The notes beneath the pieces are model-generated. The model was not told the DNA's origin. It made no database searches and saw only the letters and a list, made by a program, of their open reading frames with translations. This document shows positions 27,101-40,400 of a stretch of 64,000 nt of DNA, in pieces. The stretch lies in the NCBI RefSeq assembly GCF_009914755.1, contig NC_060933.1; one strand, 5' to 3'. Source of the stretch: the human T2T-CHM13v2.0 reference genome, Homo sapiens. The translations under genes and the position numbers were made by a program. Position 1 is the stretch's first letter, and the number at the start of each line of letters is the position of its first letter.

Positions 27101-30100
27101 ACTCTTTCTGTAGTATCTGCAAGCGGACGTTTCAAGCGCTTTCAGGCCTGTGGTGAAAAAGGAAATATCTTCAAATAAAAACTAGACAGAAGCATTCTCA
27201 GAAACTTATTTGCCATGTGTGTTCTCAACTAACAGAGTTCAACCTTTGTTTGGATACAACATTTTGGAAACACTCTTTTTGTAGAATCTGCAAGTGGATA
27301 TTTGGATAGCTTTGAAGGTTTCGTTGGAAACGGGAATATCTTGATATAAAATCAAGACAGAAGCATTCTCAGAAACTTCTCTGTGATGTTTGCATTCAAC
27401 TCATAGAGTTGAACACTTCCCTTCATACAGCAGGTTTGAAACACTCTTTTTGTAATATTTGGAAGTGGACATTTGCAGCGCTTTGAGGCCTATGATGAAA
27501 AAGGAAATATCCTCCCATAAAAACTAGACAGAAGCATTCTCAGAAACTTGTTTGTGATGTGTGTATTCAACTAACAGAGATGAACCTTTCTTTTTACCGA
27601 GCAGTTTTGAAACACTCTTTTTGTGGAATCTGAAAGTGGATATTTGGATAGCTTTGCGGATTTCGTTGGAAACGGGATTACATATAAAATCTAGGGAGAA
27701 GCATTCTCAGGAACTTCTTTGTGATGTTTGCATTCAAGTCACAGAACTGAACATTCCCTTTCATAGAGCAGGTTTGAAACACTCTTTCTGTAGTATCTGC
27801 AAGCGGACGTTTCAAGCGCTTTCAGGCCTGTGGTGAAAAAGGAAATATCTTCAAATAAAAACTAGACAGAAGCATTCTCAGAAACTTATTTGAGATGTGT
27901 GTTCTCAACTAAAAGAGTTGAACCTTTGTTTGGATACAGCATTTTGCAAACACTCTTTTTGTAGAATCTGCAAGTGGATATTTGGATAGCTTTGAAGGAT
28001 TCGTTGGAAACGGGAATATCTTCATATAAAATCAAGACAGAAGCATTCTCAGAAACTTCTCTGTGATGTTTGCATTCAACTCATAGAGTTGAACACTTCC
28101 CTTCATACAGCAGATTTGAAACACTCTTTTTGTAATATTTGGAAGTGGACATTTGCAGCACTTTGGGGCCTATGTTGAAAAAGGAAATATCTTCTCCTAA
28201 AAACCAGACAGAAGCATTCTCAGAAACTTCCTTGTGATGTGTGTACTCAAGTAACAGAGTTGAACCTTCCTTTTGACAGAGCAGTTTTGAAGCACTCTTT
28301 TTGTAGAATCTGCAAGTGGATATTTTGATACCTTTGAGGATTTCGTTGGACACGGGATATCTTCATATAAAATCTAGACAGAAGCATTCTCAGAAACTTC
28401 TTTGTGCTGTATGTCTTCAATTAACAGAGTTGAACCTTTGTGTGGATACAGCATTTTGGAAACATTCCTTTAGTAGAATCTGCAAGTTGATATTTAGATA
28501 GCTAGGAAGATTTCCTTGGAAACGGGAATATCTTCATATAAAATCTAGCCGGAAGCATTCTCAGAAAGTGCTTTGTGATGTTTGCATTCAAGTCACAGAG
28601 TTGAATATTCCCTTTTATAGAGCAGGTTTGAAACACTCTTTCTGCACTACCTGGAAGTGGACATTTGGAGCGCTTTGAGGCCTATGTTGAAAAAGGAAAT
28701 ATCTTCCCATAAAAACTAGACAGAAGCATTCTCAGAAACTTGTTTGTGATGTGTGTATTCAACTAACAGAGATGAACCTTTCTTTTTACAGAGCAGTTTT
28801 GAAACACTCTTTTTGTGGAATCTGAAAGTGGATATTTGGATAGCTTTGAGGATTTCGTTGGAAACGGGATTACATATAAAACCTAGAGAGAAGCATTCTC
28901 AGGAACTTCTTTGTGATGTTTGCATTCAAGTCACAGAACTGAACATTCCCTTTCATAGAGCAGGTTTGAAACACTCTTTCTGTAGTATCTGCAAGCTGAC
29001 GTTTCAAGAGCTTTCAGGCCTATGGTGAGAAAGGAAATATCTTCAAGTAAAAACTAGACAGAAGCATTCTCAGAAACATATTTGCCATGTGTGTTCTCAA
29101 CTAACAGAGTTGAACCTTTGTTTTGATACAGCATTTTGGAAACACTCTTTTTGTAGAATCTGCAGGTGGATATTCGGATAGCTTTGAAGGTTTCGTTGGA
29201 AACGGGAATATCTTCATATAAAATCAAGACAGAAGCATTCTCAGAAACTTCTCTGTGATGTTTGCATTCAACTCATAGAGTTGAACACTTCCCTTCATAC
29301 AGCAGGTTTGAAACACTCTTTTTGTAATATTTGGAAGTGGACATTTGCAGCGCTTTGAGGCCTATGTTGAAAAAGGAAATATCTTCTCCTAAAAACCAGA
29401 CAGAAGAATTCTCAGAAACTTCCTTGTGATGTGTGTACTCAAGTAACAGAGTTGAACCTTCATTTTGACAGAGCAGTTTTGAAGCACTCTTTTTGTAGAA
29501 TCTACAAGTGGATATTTTGATACCTTTGAGGATTTCGTTGGACACGGGATATCTTCATATAAAATCTAGACAGAAGCATTCTCAGAAACTTCTTTGTGCT
29601 GTATGTCCTCAATTAACAGAGTTGAACCTTTGTGTGGATACAGCATTTTGGAAACACTCCTTTAGTAGAATCTGCAAGTTGATATTTAGATAGCTAGGAA
29701 GATTTCCTTGGAAACGGGAATATCTTCACATAAAATCTAGACGGAAGCATTCTCAGAAACTTCTCTGTGATGCTTGCATTCAAGTCATAGAGTTGAACAC
29801 TTCCTTTCATAGAGCAGGTTTGAAACACTCTGTGCCCTACCTGGAAGTGGACATTTGGAGCGCTTTGATGCGTATGTTGAAAAAGGAAATATCTTCCCAT
29901 AAAAACTAGACAGAAGCATTCTCAGAAACTTGTTTGTGATGTGTGCATTCAACTAACAGAGATTAACCTTTCTTTTTACAGAGCAGTTTTGAAACACTCT
30001 TTTTGTGGAATCTGAAAGTGGATATTTGGATAGCTTTGAGGATTTCGTTGGAAACGGGATTACATATAAAATCTAGGGAGAAGCATTCTCAGGAACTTCT

Positions 30101-31786
30101 TTGTGATGTTTGCATTCAAGTCACAGAACTGAACATTCCCTTTCATTGAGCAGCTTTGAAACACTCTTTCTGTAGTATCTGCAAGCGGACGTTTCAAGCG
30201 CTTTCAGGCCTGTGGTGAAAAGGGAAATATCTTCAAATAAAAACTAGACAGAAGCATTCTCAGAAACTTATTTGCGATGTGTGTTCTCAACTGACAGAGT
30301 TGAACCTTTGTTTTTATACAGCATTTAGGAAACACTCTTTTTGTAGGATCTGCAGGTGGATATTTGGATAGATTTGAAGGTTTCGTTGGAAACGGGAATA
30401 TCTTTATATAAAATCAACACAGAAGCATTCTCAGAAACTTCTCTGTGATGTTTGCATTCAACTCATAGAGTTGAACACTTCCTTTCATAGAGCTGGTTTG
30501 AAATACTCTTTTTGTAATATTTGGAAGTGGACATTGGCAGCGCTTTGAAGCCTATGGCGAAAAAGGAGATATCTTCCCCTAAAAACCAGACAGAAGCATT
30601 CTCAGAATCTTTCTTGTGATGTGTGTACTCAAGTAACAGAGTTGAACCTTCATTTTGACAGAGCAGTTTTGAAGCACTCTTTTTGTAGAATCTACAAGTG
30701 GATATTTTGATACCTTTGAGGATTTCGTTGGACACGGGATATCTTCATATAAAATCTAGACAGAAGCATTCTCAGAAACTTCTTTGTGCTGTATGTCCTC
30801 AATTAACAGAGTTGAACCTTTGTGTGGATACAGCATTTTGTAAACATTCCTTTAGTAGAATCTGCAAGTTGATATTTAGATAGCTAGGAAGATTTCCTTG
30901 GAAACGGGAATATCTTCATATAAAATCTAGACGGAAGCATTCTCAGAAACTGCTTTGTGATGTCTTCATTCAAGTCACAGACTAGAATGTTCCCTTTTAT
31001 AGAGCAGGTTTGAAACACTCAGTGCACTACCTGGAAGTGGACATTTGGAGCGCTTTGACGCCTATGTTGAAAAAGGAAATATCTTCCCATAGAAACTAGA
31101 CAGAAGCATTCTCAGAAACTTGTTTGTGATGTGTGTATTCAACTAACAGAGATGAACCTTTCTTTTTACAGAGCAGTTTTGAAACACTCTTTTTGTGGAA
31201 TCTGAAAGTGGATATTTGGATAGCTTTGAGGATTTCGTTGGAAACGGGATTACATATAAAATCTAGGGAGAAGCATTCTCAGGAACTTCTTCGTGATGTT
31301 TGCATTCAAGTCACAGAACTGAACATTCCCTTTCATAGTGCAGGTTTGAAACACTCTTTCTGTAGTATCTGCAAGCTGACGTTTCAAGCGCTTTCAGGCC
31401 TGTGGTGAAAAAGGAAATATCTTCAAATAAAAACTAGACAGAAGCATTCTCAGAAACTTATTTGCGATGTGTGTTCTCAACTAACAGAGTTGAACCTTTG
31501 TTTGGATACAACATTTTGGAAACACTCTTTTTGTAGAATCTGCAAGTGGATATTTGGATAGCTTTGAAGGTTTCGTTGGAAACGGGAATATCTTGATATA
31601 AAATCAAGACAGAAGCATTCTCAGAAACTTCTCTGTGATGTTTGCATTCAACTCATAGAGTTGAACACTTCCCTTCATACAGCAGGTTTGAAACACTCTT
31701 TTTGTAGTATTTGGAAGTGGACATTTGCAGCGCTTTGAGACCTATGATGAAAAAGGAAATATCTTCCCATAAAAACTAGACAGAAG
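9177..31786 (+). repeat. HOR haplotype layer 1: 7-mer-rich (15 7-mers, 7 4-mers), with 1190/678-bp units carrying a 2-bp deletion
   Basis: Fourteen units are 2 bp short and have aaacactc(a/t)gtgc instead of aaacactctttctgc. The m1 tail is tctagggag or cctagagag, and the m3'-m7' type 4-mer is absent. Confidence 0.85.
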
Positions 31787-34700
31787 CATTCTCAGAAACT
31801 TGTTTGTGATGTGTGTATTCAACTAACAGAGATGAACCTTTCTTTTTACAGAGCAGTTTTGAAACACTCTTTTTGTGGAATCTGAAAGTGGATATTTGGA
31901 TAGCTTTGAGGATTTCGTTGGAAACGGGATTACATATAAAACCTAGAGAGAAGCATTCTCAGGAACTACTTTGTGATGTTTGCATTCAAGTCACAGAACT
32001 GAAAATTCCCTTTCATAGAGCAGGTTTGAAACACTCTTTCTGTAGTATCTGCAAGCTGACGTTTCAAGCGCTTTCAGGCCTATGGTGAGAAAGGAAATAT
32101 CTTCAAATAAAAACTAGACAGAAGCATTCTCAGAAACTTATTTGCCATGTGTGTTCTCAACTAACAGAGTTGAACCTTTGTTTTGATACGGCATTTTGGA
32201 AACACTCTTTTTGTAGAATCTGCAGGTGGATATTCGGATAGCTTTGAAGGTTTCGTTGGAAACGGGAATATCTTCATATAAAATCTAGACGGAAGCATTC
32301 TCAGAAACTGCTTTGTGATGTTTTCATTCAAGTCACAGAGTAGAATGTTCCCTGTTATATACCAGGTTTGAGACACTCTTTCTGCACTACCTGGAAGTGG
32401 ACGTTTGGAGCGCTTTGAGGCCTATGTTGAAAAAGGAAATATCTTCCCATAAAAACTAGACAGAAGCATTCTCAGAAACTTGTTTGTGATGTGTGTATTC
32501 AACTAACAGAGATGAACCTTTCTTTTTACAGAGCAGTTTTGAAACACTCTTTTTGTGGAATTTGAAAGTGGATATTTGGATAGCTTTGAGGATTTCGTTG
32601 GAAACGGGATTACATATAAAATCTAGGGAGAAGCATTCTCAGGAACTTCTTTGTGATGTTTGCATTCAAGTCACAGAACTGAACATTCCCTTTCATAGAG
32701 CAGGTTTGAAACACTCTTTCTGTAGTATCTGCAAGCGGACGTTTCAAGCGCTTTCAGGCCTGTGGTGAAAAAGGAAATATCTTCAAATAAAAACTAGACA
32801 GAAGCATTCTCAGAAACTTATTTGCGATGTGTGTTCTCAACTAACAGAGTTGAACCTTTGTTTTGATACAGCATTTTGGAAACACTCTTTTTGTAGGATC
32901 TGCAGGTGGATATTTGGATAGCTTTGAAGGTTTCTTTGGAAACGGGAATATCTTCATATAAAATCAACACAGAGGCATTCTCAGAAACTTCTCTGTGATG
33001 TTTGCATTCAACTCATAGAGTTGAACACTTCCTTTCATAGAGCTGGTTTGAAATACTCTTTTTGTAATATTTGGAATGGACATTGGCAGCGCTTTGAAGC
33101 TTATGGTGAAAAAGGAGATATCTTCTCCTAAAAACCAGACAGAAGCATTCTCAGAATCTTTCTTGTGATGTGTGTACTCAAGTAACAGAGTTGAACCTTC
33201 ATTTTGACAGAGCAGTTTTGAAGCACTCTTTTTGTAGAATCTGCAAGTGGATATTTTGATACCTTTGAGGATTTCGTTGGACACGGGATATCTTCATATA
33301 AAATCTAGACAGAAGCATTCTCAGAAACTTCTTTGTGCTGTATGTCCTCAATTAACAGAGTTGAACCTTTGTGTGGATACAGCATTTTGGAAACATTCCT
33401 TTAGTAGAATCTGCAAGTTGATATTTAGATAGCTAGGAAGATTTCCTTGGAAACGGGAATATCTTCATGTAAAATCTAGACGGAAGCATTCTCAGAAAGT
33501 GCTTTGTGATGTTTGCATTCAAGTCACAGAGTTGAATATTCCCTTTTATAGAGCAGGTTTGAAACACTCTTTCTGCACTACCTGGAAGTGGACATTTGGA
33601 GCGCTTTGAGGCCTATGTTGAAAAAGGAAATATCTTCCCATAAAAACTACACAGAAGCATTCTCAGAAACTTGTTTGTGATGTGTGTATTCAACTAACAG
33701 AGATGAACCTTTCTTTTTACAGAGCAGTTTTGAAACACTCTTTTTGTGGAATCTGAAAGTGGATATTTGGATAGCTTTGAGGATTTCGTTGGAAACGGGA
33801 TTACATATAAAACCTAGAGAGAAACATTCTCAGGAACTTCTTTGTGATGTTTGCATTCAAGTCACAGAACTGAACATTCCCTTTCATAGAGCAGGTTTGA
33901 AACACTGTTTCTGTAGTATCTGCAAGGTGACGTTTCAAGCGCTTTCAGGCCTATGGTGAGAAAGGAAATATCTTCAAGTAAAAACTAGACAGAAGCATTC
34001 TCAGAAACTTATTTGCCATGTGTGTTCTCAACTAACAGAGTTGAACCTTTGTTTTGATACGGCATTTTGGAAACACTCTTTTTGTAGAATCTGCAGGTGG
34101 ATATTCGGATAGCTTTGAAGGTTTCGTTGGAAACGGGAGTATCTTCATATAAAATCTAGACGGAAGCATTCTGAGAAACTGCTTTGTGATGTTTTCATTC
34201 AAGTCACAGAGTGGAATGTTCCCAGTTATGTACCAGGTTTGAGACAATCTTTCTGCACTACCTCGAAGTGGACATTTGGAGCGCTTTGAGGCCTATGTTG
34301 AAAAAGGAAATATCTTCCCATAAAAACTAGACAGAAGCATTCTCAGAAACTTGTTTGTGATGTGTGTATTCAACTAACAGAGATGAACCTTCCTTTTTAC
34401 AGAGTAGTTTTGAAACACTCTTTTTGTGGAATCCGAATGTGGATATTTGGATAGCTTTGAGGATTTCGTTGGAAACGGGATTACATATAAAATCTAGGGA
34501 GAAGCATTCTCAGGAACATCTTTGTGATGTTTGCATTCAAGTCACAGAACTGAACATTCCCTTTCATAGAGCAGGTTTGAAACACTCTTTCTGTAGTATC
34601 TGCAAGCGGACGTTTCAAGCGCTTCCAGGCCTGTGGTGAAAAAGGAAATATCTTCAAATAAAAACTAGACAGAAGCATTCTCAGAAACTTATTTGCGATG

Positions 34701-37401
34701 TGTGTTCTCAACTAAAAGAGTTGAACCTTTGTTTGGATACAACATTTTGGAAACACTCTTTTTGTAGAATCTGCAAGTGGATATTTGGATAGCTTTGAAG
34801 GTTTCGTTGGAAACGGGAATATCTTCATATAAAATCAAGACGGAAGCATTCGCAGAAACTTCTCTGTGATGTTTGCATTCAACTCATAGAGTTGAACACT
34901 TCCCTTCATACAGCAGGTTTGAAACACTCTTTTTCTAATATTTGGAAGTGGACATTTGCAGCGCTTTGAGGTCTATGTTGAAAAAGGAAATATCTTCTGC
35001 TAAAAACCAGACAGAAGCATTCTCAGAAACTTCCTTGTGATGTGTGTACTCAAGTAACAGAGTTGAACCTTCCTTTTGACAGAGCAGTTTTGAAGCACTC
35101 TTTTTGTAGAATCTGCAAGTGGATATTTTGATACCTTTGAGGATTTCGTTGGACACGGGAAATCTTCATATAAAATCTAGACAGAAGCATTCTCAGAAAC
35201 TTCTTTGTGCTGTATGTCCTCAATTAACAGAGTTGAACCTTTGTGTGGATACAGCATTTTGGAAACATTCCTTTAGTAGAATCTGCAAGTTGATATTTAG
35301 ATAGCTAGGAAGATTTCCTTGGAAACGGGAATATCTTCATATAAAATGTAGACGGAAGCATTCTCAGAAAGTGCTTTGTGATGTTTGCATTCAAGTCACA
35401 GAGTTGAATATTCCCTTTTATAGAGCAGGTTTGAAACACTCTTTCTGCACTACCTGGAAGTGGACATTTGGAGCGGTTTGAGGCCTATGTTGAAAAAGGA
35501 AATATCTTCCCATAAAAACTAGACAGAAGCATTCTCAGAAACTTGTTTGTGATGTGTGTATTCAACTAACAGAGATGAACCTTTCTTTTTACAGAGCAGT
35601 TTTGAAACACTCTTTTTGTGGAATCTGAAAGTGGATATTTGGATAGCTTTGAGGATTTCGTTGGAAACGGGATTACATATAAAACCTAGAGAGAAGCATT
35701 CTCAGGAACTTCTTTGTGATGTTTGCATTCAAGTCACAGAACTGAACATTCCCTTTCATAGAGCAGGTTTGAAACACTCTTTCTGTAGTATCTGCAAGCT
35801 GAAGTTTCAAGCGCTTTCAGCCCTATGGTGAGAAAGGAAATATCTTCAAGTAAAACCTAGACAGAAGCATTCTCAGAAACATATTTGCCATGTGTGTTCT
35901 CAACTAACAGAGTTGAACCTTTGTTTTGATACGGAATTTTGGAAACACTCTTTTTGTAGAATCTGCAGGTGGATATTCGGATAGCTTTGAAGGTTTCGTT
36001 GGAAACGGGAATATCTTCATATAAAATCTAGACGGAAGCATTCTCAGAAACTGCTTTGTGATGTTTTCATTCAAGTCACAGAGTAGAATGTTCCCTGTTA
36101 TATACCAGGTTTGAGACACTCTTTCTGCACTACCTGGAAGTGGACGTTTGGAGCGCTTTGAGGCCTATGTTGAAAAAGGAAATATCTTCCCATAAAAACT
36201 AGACAGAAGCATTCTCAGAAACTTGTTTGTGATGTGTGTATTCAACTAACAGAGATGAACCTTTCTTTTTACAGAGCAGTTTTGAAACACTCTTTTTGTG
36301 GAATCTGAAAGTGGATATTTGGATAGCTTTGAGGATTTCGTTGGAAACGGGATTACATATAAAATCTAGGGAGAAGCATTCTCAGGAACTTCTTTGTGAT
36401 GTTTGCATTCAAGTCACAGAACTGAACATTCCCTTTCATAGAGCAGGTTTGAAACACTCTTTCTGTAGTATCTGCAAGCGGACGTTTCAAGCGCTTTCAG
36501 GCCTGTGGTGAAAAAGGTAATATCTTCAAATAAAAACTAGACAGAAGCATTCTCAGAAACTTATTTGCGATGTGTGTTCTCAACTAACAGAGTTGAACCT
36601 TTGTTTTGATACAGCATGTTGGAAACACTCTTTTTGTAGGATCTACAGGTGGATATTTGGATAGCTTTGAAGGTTTCGTTGGAAACGGGAATATCTTCAT
36701 ATAAAATCAACACAGAAGTCTTCTCAGAAACTTCTCTGTGATGTTTGCATTCAACTCATAGAGTTGAACACTTCCTTTCATGGAGCTGGTTTGAAATACT
36801 CTTTTTGTAATATCTGGAAGTGGACATCGGCAGCGCTTTGAAGCCTATGGTGAAAAAGGAGATATCTTCTCCTAAAAACCAGAGAGAAGCATTCTCAGAA
36901 TCTTTCTTGTGATGTGTGTACTCAAGTAACAGAGTTGAACCTTCATTTTGACAGAGCAGTTTTGAAACAGTCTTTTTGTAGAATCTGGAAGTAGATATTT
37001 GGATACCTTTGAGGATTTCTTTGGAAACGGGATATCTTCATATAAAATCTAGACAGAAGCATTCTCGGAAACTTCTTTGTGCTGTATGTCCTCAATTAAC
37101 AGAGTTGAACCTTTGTGTGGATACGGCATTTTGGAAACATTCCTTTAGTAGAATCTGCAAGTTGATATTTAGATAGCTAGGAAGATTTCCTTGGAAACGG
37201 GAATATCTTCATATAAAATCTAGACGGAAGCATTCTCAGAAAGTGCTTTGTGATGTTTGCATTCAAGTCACAGAGTTGAATATTCCCTTTTATAGAGCAG
37301 GTTTGAAACACTCTTTCTGCACTACCTGGAAGTGGACATTTGGAGCGATTTGAGGCCTATGTTGAAAAAGGAAATATCTTCCCATAAAAACTAGACAGAA
37401 G
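31787..37401 (+). repeat. Transition zone: alternating 4-mer/7-mer (11-mer) units with left-type alleles and many private substitutions
   Basis: Spacings are 680, 1191, 680, 1192, 680, 1192. Left-type alleles (tctagggag, cctagagag, ggacacggg) are still present, but the 2-bp deletion is not. Confidence 0.75.
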
Positions 37402-40400
37402 CATTCTCAGAAACTTGTTTGTGATGTGTGTATTCAACTAACAGAGATGAATCTTTCTTTTTACAGAGCAGTTTTGAAACACTCTTTTTGTGGAATCTGA
37501 AAGTGGATATTTGGATAGCTTTGAGGATTTCGTTGGAAACGGGATTACATATAAAATCTAGAGAGAAGCATTCTCAGGAACTTCTTTGTGATGTTTGCAT
37601 TCAAGTCACAGAACTGAACATTCCCTTTCATAGAGCATGTTTGAAACACTCTTTCTGTAGTATCTGCAAGCGGACGTTTCAAGAGCTTTCAGGCCTATGG
37701 TGAGAAAGGAAATATCTTCAAGTAAAAACTAGACAGAAGCATTCTCAGAAACTTATTTGCCATGTGTGTTCTCAACTAACAGAGTTGAACCTTTGTTTTG
37801 ATACGGCATTTTGGAAACACTCTTTTTGTAGAATCTGCAGGTGGATATTCGGATAGCTTTGAAGGTTTCGTTGGAAACGGGAATATCTTCATATAAAATC
37901 TAGACGGAAGCATTCTCAGAAACTGCTTTGTGATGTTTTCATTGAAGTCACAGAGTAGAATGTTCCCTTTTATATACCAGGTTTGAGACACTCTTTCTGC
38001 ACTATCTGGAAGTGGACATTTGGAGCGCTTTGAGGCCTATGATGAAAAAGGAAATATCTTCGCATAAAAACTAGACGGAAGCATTCTCAGAAACTTGTTT
38101 GTGATGTGTGTATTCAAGTAACAGAGATGAACCTTTCTTTTTACAGAGCAGTTTTGAAACACTCTTTTTGTGGAATCTGAAAGTGGATATTTGGATAGCT
38201 TTGAGGATTTCGTTGGAAACGGGATTACATATAAAATCTAGAGAGAAGCATTCTCAGGAACTTCTTTGTGATGTTTGCATTCACGTCACAGAACTGAACA
38301 TTCCCTTTCATAGAGCATGTTTGAAACACTCTTTCTGTAGTATCTGCAAACGGACATTTCAAGCGCTTTCAGGCCTATGGTAAGAAAGGAAATATCTTCA
38401 AATAAAAACTAGACAGAAGCATTCTCAGAAACTTATTTGCGATGTGTGTCCTCAACTAACAGAGTTGAACCTTTGTTTTGATACAACATTTTGGAAACAC
38501 TCTTTTTGTAGAATCTGCAAGTGGATATTTGGATAGCTTTGAAGGTTTCGTTGGAAACGGGAATATCTTCATATAAAATCAAGACAGAAGCATTCTCAGA
38601 AACTTCTCTGTGATGTTTGCATTCAACTCATAGAGTTGAACACTTCCCTTCATACAGCAGGTTTGAAACACTCTTTTTGTAATATTTGGAAGTGGACATT
38701 TGCAGCGCTTTGAGGCCTATGTTGAAAAAGGAAATATCTTCTCCTAAAAACCAGACAGAAGCATTCTCAGAAACTTCCTTGTGATGTGTGTACTCAAGTA
38801 ACAGAGTTGAACCTTCCTTTTGACAGAGCCGTTTTGAAACAGTCTTTTTGTAGAATCTGGAAGTAGATATTTGGACACCTTTGAGGATTTCTTTGGAAAC
38901 TGGATATCTTCATATAAAATCTAGACAGAAGCATTCTCAGAAACTTCTTTGTGCTGTATGTCCTCAATTAACAGAGTTGAACCTTTGTGTGGATACAGCA
39001 TTTTGGAAACACTCCTTTAGTACGATATGCAAGTTGATATTTAGATAGCTAGGAAGATTTCCTTGGAAACGGGAATATCTTCATATAAAATGTAGACGGA
39101 AGCATTCTCAGAAAGTGCTTTGTGATGTTTGCATTCAAGTCACAGAGTTGAATATTCCCTTTCATAGAGCAGGTTTGAAACACTCTTTCTGCACTACCTG
39201 GAAGTGGACATTTGGAGCGCTTTAAGGCCTATGTTGAAAAAGGAAATATCTTCCCATAAAAACTAGACAGAAGCATTCTCAGAAACTTGTTTGTGATGTG
39301 TGTATTCAACTAACAGAGACGAACCTTTCTTTTTACAGAGCAGTTTTGAAACACTCTTTTTGTGGAATCTGAAAGTGGATATTTGGATAGCTTTGAGGAT
39401 TTCGTTGGAAACGGGATTACATATAAAATCTAGAGAGAAGCATTCTCAGGAACTTCTTTGTGATGTTTGCATTCAAGTCACAGAACTGAACATTCCCTTT
39501 CATAGAGCATGTTTGAAACACTCTTTCTGTAGTATCTGCAAGCGGACGTTTCAAGCGCTTTCAGGCCTATGGTGCGAAAGGAAATATCTTCAAGTAAAAA
39601 CTAGACAGAAGCATTCTCAGAAACTTATTTGCCATGTGTGTTCTCAACTAACAGAATTGAACCTTTGTTTTGATACGGCATTTTGGAAACAATCTTTTTG
39701 TAGAATCTGCAGGTGCATATTCGGATAGCTTTGAAGGTTTCGTTGGAAACGGGAATATCTTCATATAAAATCTAGACGGAAGCATTCTCAGAAACTGCTT
39801 TGTGATGTTTTCATTGAAGTCACAGAGTAGAATGTTCCCTTTTATATACCAAGTTTGAGACACCCTTTCTGCACTATCTGGAAGTGGACATTTGGAGCGC
39901 TTTGAGGCCTATGATGAAAAAGGAAATATCTTCCCATAAAAACTAGACAGAAGCATTCTCAGAAACTTGTTTGTGATGTGTGTATTCAACTAACAGAGAT
40001 GAACCTTTCTTTTTACAGAGCAGTTTTGAAACACTCTTTTTGTGGAATCTGAGAGTGGATATTTGGATAGCTTTGAGGATTTCGTTGGAAACGGGATTAC
40101 ATATAAAATCTAGAGAGAAGCATTCTCAGGAACTTCTTTGTGATGTTTGCATTCACGTCACAGAACTGAACATTCCCTTTCATAGAGCATGTTTGAAACA
40201 CTCTTTCTGTAGTATCTGCAAACGGACATTTCAAGCGCTTTCAGGCCTATGGTAAGAAAGGAAATATCTTCAAATAAAAACTAGACAGAAGCATTCTCAG
40301 AAACTTATTTGCGATGTGTGTCCTCAACTAACAGAGTTGAACCTTTGTTTTGATACAACATTTTGGAAACACTCTTTTTGTAGAATCTGCAAGTGGATAT

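Noticed and set aside
6840-33080. Single-base indels (~6848 +1, ~22621 -1, ~23977 -1, ~33076 -1)
   Set aside because: They are singletons, mostly in or beside short homopolymers, and cannot be told apart from sequencing or consensus error.
39300-39728. Longest ORF (142 aa)
   Set aside because: It arises from a single TGA-to-TGC change that reads through into the next monomer; there is no coding evidence.
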